Assembly: GCA_963815215.1 (NCBI GenBank)
Contig: CAWFFU010000003.1
Span: 960,001 to 1,024,000 of the forward strand
From: an uncultured Trueperaceae bacterium
GTDB lineage: Bacteria; Deinococcota; Deinococci; Deinococcales; Trueperaceae
Direction of reading: 5' to 3'
DNA length: 64,000 bases
Below the pieces are notes generated by a model. That model searched no databases, was not told the origin of the DNA, and worked only from the letters and a program-made list of their open reading frames with translations. Shown here piece after piece: positions 54,529 through 64,000 of this stretch. The position numbers and the translations under genes are program-made. The first letter of the stretch is position 1. Every line of letters begins with the position of its first letter.

Positions 54529-55832
54529 GCGCCGACACGCTGATGACCCGCGCCGCGGAGCTCACGCCCCTGCAGATCGTGGAGGAACTCGACCGCCACA
54601 TCATCGGCCAGAGCAAGGCCAAGCGCTCGGTAGCGGTGGCGTTGCGCAACCACTACCGACGGCGGCGCCTGCCCGAGGAGCTGCAGGCCGAGATCACCCC
54701 CAAGAACATCCTCATGATCGGTCCCACGGGCGTCGGCAAGACCGAGATCGCGCGGCGCCTCGCGCGCCTGGCCAAGGCCCCCTTCCTGAAGGTCGAGGCC
54801 ACCAAGTTCACCGAGGTGGGCTACGTGGGTCGCGACGTCGAAGGCATCGTGCGCGACCTGGTGCGCTCGGCCACCGCCATGGTGGAGGCGGAGAAGAAGG
54901 AGGAAGTGCGCGGCAGCGCCCAGGCTGCGGCCAAGGAGCGCCTGCTCGACGCCCTCCTGCCGGGCGGCACCACCGAGGGCCGCGAGCGCATGCGCGTGCT
55001 CCTCGATGCCGGCTCCCTCGACGAGCGCAGCATCGAGATCGAGGTCGCGGACGAGAAGCCCGCCGGGGTGACGATGCCGGGCATGGAGGAGATGGGCCTC
55101 AACCTGCAGGACATGCTCTCGAACCTCATGCCCCAGCGCCGCGTGAAGCGCACCGTTCCGGTGCGCGACGCCCGCCGCATCCTGGAGGACGAGGAGGCCA
55201 ACCGTCTCATCGACCACGACGCCGTCGGACGCGATGCGGTCTACCGCGCCGAGAACATGGGCATCGTCTTCATCGACGAGATCGACAAGATCGCCGGCTC
55301 CGAGGGCAGCAGCGGCGGCGACGTCAGCGGCGAGGGCGTCCAGCGCGACCTGCTGCCGGTGGTCGAGGGCACCCAGGTCAACACCCGGCAGGGACCCGTC
55401 AAGACCGACCACATGCTCTTCATCGCGGCCGGCGCCTTCAACGTCTCCAAGCCCAGCGACCTGATCCCCGAGCTGCAGGGGCGCTTCCCGATCCGCGTGG
55501 AGCTCGAGGACCTCGACGCCGGCGACTTCCAGCGCATCCTCACGCAGCCGCGGCACGCCCTCACCAAGCAGTACACCGAGTTGTTGGCCGTCGACGGCAC
55601 GCACATCCGCTTCGACGAGTCGGGCATCGTCGCCATCGCGGAGTACGCCGAGCGCGTCAACCGCGAGCTCGAGGACATCGGCGCACGCCGCCTGCACACG
55701 ATCCTGGAGACGGTGCTCGAGGACGTCTCCTTCGGGACCGATCTCGGAACCGTCACCATCGACGACGGCTACGTGCGCCGCAAGCTCGACGGCATCGTGG
55801 ACAACGAGGATCTCAGCCGCTACGTGCTGTAG
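54525..55832 (+). CDS. hslU: ATP-dependent protease ATPase subunit HslU
   Basis: [40 protein letters not shown]. Confidence 0.96.
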   Translation: MSADTLMTRAAELTPLQIVEELDRHIIGQSKAKRSVAVALRNHYRRRRLPEELQAEITPKNILMIGPTGVGKTEIARRLARLAKAPFLKVEATKFTEVGYVGRDVEGIVRDLVRSATAMVEAEKKEEVRGSAQAAAKERLLDALLPGGTTEGRERMRVLLDAGSLDERSIEIEVADEKPAGVTMPGMEEMGLNLQDMLSNLMPQRRVKRTVPVRDARRILEDEEANRLIDHDAVGRDAVYRAENMGIVFIDEIDKIAGSEGSSGGDVSGEGVQRDLLPVVEGTQVNTRQGPVKTDHMLFIAAGAFNVSKPSDLIPELQGRFPIRVELEDLDAGDFQRILTQPRHALTKQYTELLAVDGTHIRFDESGIVAIAEYAERVNRELEDIGARRLHTILETVLEDVSFGTDLGTVTIDDGYVRRKLDGIVDNEDLSRYVL

Positions 55833-55938
55833 AGCGCAGCCGCCGCGCCGCGGCTCAGGCGTACGCGCGAAGCGCCCCCAGCTGCCCTGCTAGCATGTGG
55901 GTGGCGCCAACGGCGCCGCTCCTGGAGGGAAGGGACCC

Positions 55939-57354
55939 GTGAGCGTACGCCTTCTCGGCTGGCTGGAACGACTGCGCTCGGGCTACTGGTTCCTCCCCGC
56001 GCTCATGGCCTTGGGGGCGTTGGCGCTGGCAGCCGCCACCCTCACGGTCGACCACTCGATCACTCTCGCGAGAATGCCCGCCCTGCGGGCGCTCGGTGGC
56101 CTCAACGGGCCCGCCGGAGCGCGCTCCCTGTTGAGTACGGTGGCGGGCTCGCTCATCACGGTGACCGGCGTGGTCTTCTCCATGACGCTGGTGGGGCTGT
56201 CGCTGGCCTCGCAACAGTTCGGCCCCCGGCTGGTGGGCAACTTCATGCGCGACCGTGGCAACCAGCTCGTCCTGGGCTCCTTCATCGGCACCTTCCTGTA
56301 CTGCCTCATGGTGCTCGTCACGGTACGCAGCGCCGACACCCAGCTCGGCATCCAGGCCTTCGTGCCGCATCTCTCCGTAGCCGTGGCGATGGTGCTCACC
56401 CTGCTGAGCCTCGGGGTGCTGATCTACTTCATCCATCACGCGGCCGAGAGCGTCCAGGTGAGCTACGTGCTGGCGCGTGTCGGCCGCGGCCTGACGCAGC
56501 AGATCCTGTCGTTCCCGGAAGCCGAGGAGCAGGAGGGCGAGGAGCCAGAGGACGAGGAGCCTGAGGACGACGAGGACGGCCGGAACGGCACCGGTGGCGA
56601 CGCCGAAACCGCTCGGGAGGGTGGGCCCCCCTCCACCCCGCCCGAGCTGCCGGAGGACTTCGGCCGGGAGGCGATCACCGTTCGGGCCACGCGCGCCGGT
56701 TACGTGCAGGCCATCGACCTCACGGGGCTGGTGAAGCTCGCACGGGAGAACGACGCCGTGCTGCGGCTGCACCACCCGCCGGGCAGCTTCCTCATGCTCG
56801 ACGGCCCCCTCGCCGACATCTACCCTCCCGGCGCCGGCGAAGCGCTCACCGGCCGCATCGAGCCGTACTACGTTCTCGGCGCAGTGCGGACTCCCCAGCA
56901 GGACCCCTACTTCCTGTTCGATCAGCTCCTCGAGGTGGCGCTGCGGGCGCTGTCACCCAGCATGAACGACCCCTTCACGGCCGTGACCTGCATCGACCGC
57001 ATGTCCGAAGCCCTCAACCTGTTGGCCCGCCGTCGCCTCCCCGACTCCTACATGACCGATGAGGAGGGCGCCCTGCGACTGGTCGTGCCACGTCCCGAAG
57101 TAGGCGAGCTGCTGGAGCACCTGTTCGGGGAGCTTCGCGCGAACGCCGCCGGCGATCCGATGGTGGCCCGCCACCTGGCACTGAGCCTGCGCCGCATGCA
57201 GGCCAGCTCCTCGCACAAGGAACTGCAACGTGCCGCCGACCGCGAGGTCCGCCGCTTGCTGGAGAGCGCCGTGACCCGGCTCTCCGTGTCGGACTACGAG
57301 GCCCTCAGGCTGGCCTCGCGCAGGGTCACCGCCTGGATCCGGCTGGAGGACTGA
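55939..57354 (+). CDS. DUF2254-family membrane protein
   Basis: YWFLP, ASQQFGPR, IYFIHH, GYVQ, RALSPSMNDPFTA. Confidence 0.85.
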   Translation: MSVRLLGWLERLRSGYWFLPALMALGALALAAATLTVDHSITLARMPALRALGGLNGPAGARSLLSTVAGSLITVTGVVFSMTLVGLSLASQQFGPRLVGNFMRDRGNQLVLGSFIGTFLYCLMVLVTVRSADTQLGIQAFVPHLSVAVAMVLTLLSLGVLIYFIHHAAESVQVSYVLARVGRGLTQQILSFPEAEEQEGEEPEDEEPEDDEDGRNGTGGDAETAREGGPPSTPPELPEDFGREAITVRATRAGYVQAIDLTGLVKLARENDAVLRLHHPPGSFLMLDGPLADIYPPGAGEALTGRIEPYYVLGAVRTPQQDPYFLFDQLLEVALRALSPSMNDPFTAVTCIDRMSEALNLLARRRLPDSYMTDEEGALRLVVPRPEVGELLEHLFGELRANAAGDPMVARHLALSLRRMQASSSHKELQRAADREVRRLLESAVTRLSVSDYEALRLASRRVTAWIRLED

Positions 57355-57379
57355 GGCCGCCGTCAGGCGAGAGGGCGCT

Positions 57380-59527
<2,148 letters not shown>

Positions 59528-59540
59528 CCTTGGCTCCGTC

Positions 59541-60407
59541 TCAGAGGTCCCAGAACCGTAGCTGCGCGTCCTCGAAGGTGGGGTCGCTGGCCTTGGCGAA
59601 CGCCAGCAGGCCGTCGCGGTCGGGGAGCTCGAGGTAGTAGCGGAAGTTAGCGAGGTAGCGCTGCACCACCTGAAGCGACAACCCCAGGCGCTCGGCCTCG
59701 ACCTGCGCGACCTCCGCCAGCCGGCCCAGGCCGGCCTCCCGCGCCGCCCGGAAACGGGCGACCAGCATCTCCGACGGCGGCCGGTCGTCGAGCGACGCCC
59801 ACACCGCGAACGTGAACGGCAGGCGCGTGTGCTGGTACCAGGCCTCGCCCAGGTCGGTGACGAGCGGCCGTCGGCCGCCCAGCTCGCGCTGCGCCACCGC
59901 CTCACGCAGGGCGGCGTCGCCGATCAGCAGCGCCGCGTCGCAACGCGAGAGCATAGCGTCCAGATCGGGCTCGACGGGCACCAGCTCGGCCCGAAGGCCA
60001 TCGGCTTCGAGCAGCACCTGCAGCAGCTGCACGCTGGTTGCCGAGTGGGTGGTGACGGCGATGCGCGCACCCTGCAGCTCCCGCCAGGGGCGCCAGTGGA
60101 ACAGCATCACGCTGTACACCGGCCCCAGCGTGGCGATGGAGAAGTCGGGCAGGGCGCGCAACCGCTCGCGGTTGCGCACGAACTCCACCGAGGAGATCAG
60201 GGTGAGGTCGATGGCGCCGTCCATCAGTGCGGCATTGAGCTCGGTGGGCACGCCACGCACGAACTCGGCGCTCCCCTGGCGCGTGGTCCAGGGGGTGAGG
60301 CCCCAGTGCAGCGGCGCCACGTTGGTATAGGAGACGATGCCGAGACGTTCGACGCGCCCGGACGACGCACCCGACGCTTCCGGGGACGGCCGCGCGCACC
60401 CGTTCAC
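59541..60407 (-). CDS. mqnA: Chorismate dehydratase, futalosine pathway
   Basis: [30 protein letters not shown]...T.LPFTFAVW; next to mqnE; start uncertain. Confidence 0.9.
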   Translation of the reverse strand: MNGCARPSPEASGASSGRVERLGIVSYTNVAPLHWGLTPWTTRQGSAEFVRGVPTELNAALMDGAIDLTLISSVEFVRNRERLRALPDFSIATLGPVYSVMLFHWRPWRELQGARIAVTTHSATSVQLLQVLLEADGLRAELVPVEPDLDAMLSRCDAALLIGDAALREAVAQRELGGRRPLVTDLGEAWYQHTRLPFTFAVWASLDDRPPSEMLVARFRAAREAGLGRLAEVAQVEAERLGLSLQVVQRYLANFRYYLELPDRDGLLAFAKASDPTFEDAQLRFWDL

Positions 60408-60423
60408 GACCGACGCTCCCGCG

Positions 60424-61554
<1,131 letters not shown>

Positions 61555-61648
61555 TGGGCCGAGTATAGCTCCGGTCCGGCGGCGTCCCGGGTCGCCGACG
61601 CGCACGTCGGCGACCCGCGCGAACGCGTCGACCGCCCGGGGACCGCGC

Positions 61649-63046
61649 TCACATGTGCAGCGCACGGCCGTCGACGGCCAGCGCTGCTTCCTTCACGATC
61701 TCCGACAGCGTCGGGTGCGCGTGAACGGTGCGCGCGAGGTCCTCGGCGCTGGCACCGTAGGTCATGGCCGCCACCGCCTCGGCGATGAGATCGCCGGCTC
61801 GGGCACCCAGGATGTGCACACCGAGCACGCGGTCGGTCTCCTCGTGGGCGAGGATCTTCACCCGGCCCTCGGTCTTGCCGAGCGCGCGGGCGCGCCCGTT
61901 GGCGGAGTACGGGAACACCCCCTTGCGGTAGGGCACCCCGTCCTCCTTCAGGCGTTCCTCGCTGCGCCCCACCGTGGCGATCTCGGGGTCGGTGTAGACG
62001 ATCCCAGGCACCAGATCGTAGTCGACACGGCCGGCTCCGCCGGCGAGGCGCTCCATCAGTGCCACGCCGTCCTCCTCGGCCTTGTGCGCGAGCATGGGAC
62101 CCTCGACGAGGTCGCCGATGGCGTAGACGCCGTCGGCCGAGGTGCGGAAGCCGTCCTCCACCCGCACGCGGCCGCGCTCGCCGAGATCGACGCCGGCGGC
62201 CTCGAGGCCCAGGCCCTCGGTGGCAGGCCTGCGCCCGACCGCGACGAGCACCTTTTCCGCCTCGACCGGCTCGCTTCCTTCGATCTCGACGGTGACCTTG
62301 CGGTTGCCGCCGCGCCCCGACACCCTCGCGCCGGTGACGCGCGCGCCGAGCTGGAAGTCCAGCCCCTGACGCTTGAAGACCTTCAGGGCCTCCTTGGCGG
62401 TCTCCAGGTCCATGCCCGGCAGGATGCGGTCGAAGTACTCGAGGACCGTCACCTCAGCGCCCAGGCGCGACCACACCGAGCCCAGCTCGAGCCCGATGTA
62501 CCCCGCCCCGATGACGACCAGACGCTCGGGCACCGACGCGAAGTCCAGTGCCTCGCTGCTGCTCACCACCGCACTGCCGTCGAAGGCCACGCCGGGCAGG
62601 GATGTCGGTACCGACCCGGTGGCCAGCACGATGTTCGGCGCCTGGAGCTCCTGCTCGCCGTCGTCGCCGTGGACCGCCACCTTGCCGCCGCCGACGAGCT
62701 CGCCCCTGCCCCGGTAGCGGGTGATCTTGTTCTTCTTGAACAGGAAGGCGACCCCATCGGTGTTCTGCTTCACCACGCTGTCCTTGCGGCTCAGCATGGT
62801 CGCGAGATCCAGCGTCACCTCCTTGGCGATGACGCCGTGCTCGGCCAGCCGCTCGCGCGCCTCGAGGTAGCGCTCGCTCGACTCCAGCAGCACTTTGCTG
62901 GGGATGCAACCGACGCGCACGCAGGTGCCGCCGAGCGCCTCCTCCTTCTCCACCACGGCCACGTCGAAGCCGAGCTGCGCGCCGCGCAGGGCGGCGACGT
63001 AGCCGCCCGGCCCGGCACCGAGGATGACGATGTCGTGCTTGGGCAT
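61649..63046 (-). CDS. lpdA: Dihydrolipoyl dehydrogenase (E3)
   Basis: GAGPGGY, GGTCVRVGCIPSK, GAGYIGLE, HAHPTLSE. Confidence 0.96.
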   Translation of the reverse strand: MPKHDIVILGAGPGGYVAALRGAQLGFDVAVVEKEEALGGTCVRVGCIPSKVLLESSERYLEARERLAEHGVIAKEVTLDLATMLSRKDSVVKQNTDGVAFLFKKNKITRYRGRGELVGGGKVAVHGDDGEQELQAPNIVLATGSVPTSLPGVAFDGSAVVSSSEALDFASVPERLVVIGAGYIGLELGSVWSRLGAEVTVLEYFDRILPGMDLETAKEALKVFKRQGLDFQLGARVTGARVSGRGGNRKVTVEIEGSEPVEAEKVLVAVGRRPATEGLGLEAAGVDLGERGRVRVEDGFRTSADGVYAIGDLVEGPMLAHKAEEDGVALMERLAGGAGRVDYDLVPGIVYTDPEIATVGRSEERLKEDGVPYRKGVFPYSANGRARALGKTEGRVKILAHEETDRVLGVHILGARAGDLIAEAVAAMTYGASAEDLARTVHAHPTLSEIVKEAALAVDGRALHM

Positions 63047-63049
63047 GCT

Positions 63050-64000
63050 TCAGACCTCCAGCAACATGCGCGCCGGGCTCTCGATGGCGTCCTTGATGCG
63101 CTTGAGGAAGGTGACCGCTTCGCGGCCATCGACGATGCGGTGATCGTAGGTGAGCGCAAGGTACATCATCGGCCGGATCTCCACCTGACCGCTCACCGCC
63201 ACCGGGCGCTCCTGGATACTGTGCATGCCGAGCACCCCGGACTGGGGCGGGTTGACGATGGGCGTGGACATGAGCGACCCGAACACGCCGCCGTTGCTGA
63301 TGGTGAAGGTGCCGCCCTGGAGCTCCTCGGGGCTGAGCTTGTTGTCGCCGGCGCGCTTGCCGAAGTCGCCGATGACGCTCTCCAGCTCCGCGAAGCTGAG
63401 CCGCTCGGCGTCGCGTACGACCGGCACGACCAGCCCCTTCTTGCTGGAGACCGCCACCCCGATGTCGTAGTAGTTCTTGTAGACGATGGCATCGTCGCGG
63501 ATCTCGGCGTTGAGTTGCGGGATGCGCTTGAGCGCGTCGATGGCGGCCTTGACGAAGAACGACATGAAGCCCAGGCGCACGCCATAACGCTTCTCGAAGT
63601 CGTCGCGGTAGGCCTTGCGCAAGGTCATCACCGCGCTCATGTCCACCTCGTTGAAGGTCGTGAGCAACGCGGCCGTTCGTTGCGCCTCTACCAGCCGCTC
63701 GGCGATGCGGCGGCGGAGCGGGCTGAGGGGAACCGTCTCCTCCTGCCGCTCGTAGCCGCCCTGCCCCTCCGCCGCTCCGCTCCCGGCCGGCTCCGGAACA
63801 CGCCCGCGTTCGGCGGCCCGCCGCTCGCGCTCGGCCACGAAGCGCTGCACGTCCTCCTTCAAGAGGCGCCCGCCCGGCCCGCTGGCGGGCACGTCGCCCG
63901 CTGACAGGTCGTGCTCGTCCAACAGATGCTGGGCGGCCGGCATGACGATGGGGACGTCCCCGCCGGAGGGGCTGGGCGCCCCGGCGGCCGGGGCCGGCAC
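63050..64000 (-). CDS. sucB: 2-oxoglutarate dehydrogenase E2 dihydrolipoamide succinyltransferase (5' partial)
   Basis: E3-binding [43 protein letters not shown]. Confidence 0.93.
   Translation of the reverse strand: MPAPAAGAPSPSGGDVPIVMPAAQHLLDEHDLSAGDVPASGPGGRLLKEDVQRFVAERERRAAERGRVPEPAGSGAAEGQGGYERQEETVPLSPLRRRIAERLVEAQRTAALLTTFNEVDMSAVMTLRKAYRDDFEKRYGVRLGFMSFFVKAAIDALKRIPQLNAEIRDDAIVYKNYYDIGVAVSSKKGLVVPVVRDAERLSFAELESVIGDFGKRAGDNKLSPEELQGGTFTISNGGVFGSLMSTPIVNPPQSGVLGMHSIQERPVAVSGQVEIRPMMYLALTYDHRIVDGREAVTFLKRIKDAIESPARMLLEV

Overview
High-GC bacterial chromosomal segment, most likely Deinococcota (Truepera-like). This is inferred from the archaeal-type non-discriminating AspRS, the futalosine mqnA/mqnE genes, MutS2 and many leaderless TANNNT-start genes. 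Most of the window is housekeeping or metabolic: acuB/acuC, mreB, slyD, a peptide/nickel ABC importer with an Lrp regulator, MATE, hsp20, mutS2, pta, a Crp/Fnr-linked redox module, a TPP-riboswitch thiBPQ-thiN cluster, a GH13_18 phosphorylase, aspS, tdk, hslVU, glgX, mqnAE, lpdA and sucB. The most interesting part is an accessory block at about 38.4-50.8 kb. It encodes a SARP/BTAD-TPR activator lacking its ATPase, a short secreted protein, a 1775-aa secreted PPC-repeat/discoidin/double-VWA protein, an 806-aa transglutaminase-like membrane-tailed protein and a convergent CsgG-family lipoprotein. Both transcription units carry the same SARP-style box (TTGACGS-ccga-TTGACGG-8 nt-TANNNT), which suggests one co-regulated cell-surface assembly system. 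Other notable signals are an Asp/Asn leader-peptide attenuator before the non-discriminating aspS, a decayed IS110 with its non-coding end, an Arg-rich small gene antisense within the thiamine cluster, two candidate structured RNAs, and 5'-truncated GT4 and GNAT remnants missing from the ORF track. No CRISPR array, rRNA or tRNA was seen. All family calls come from motif recognition by eye, not from database searches.
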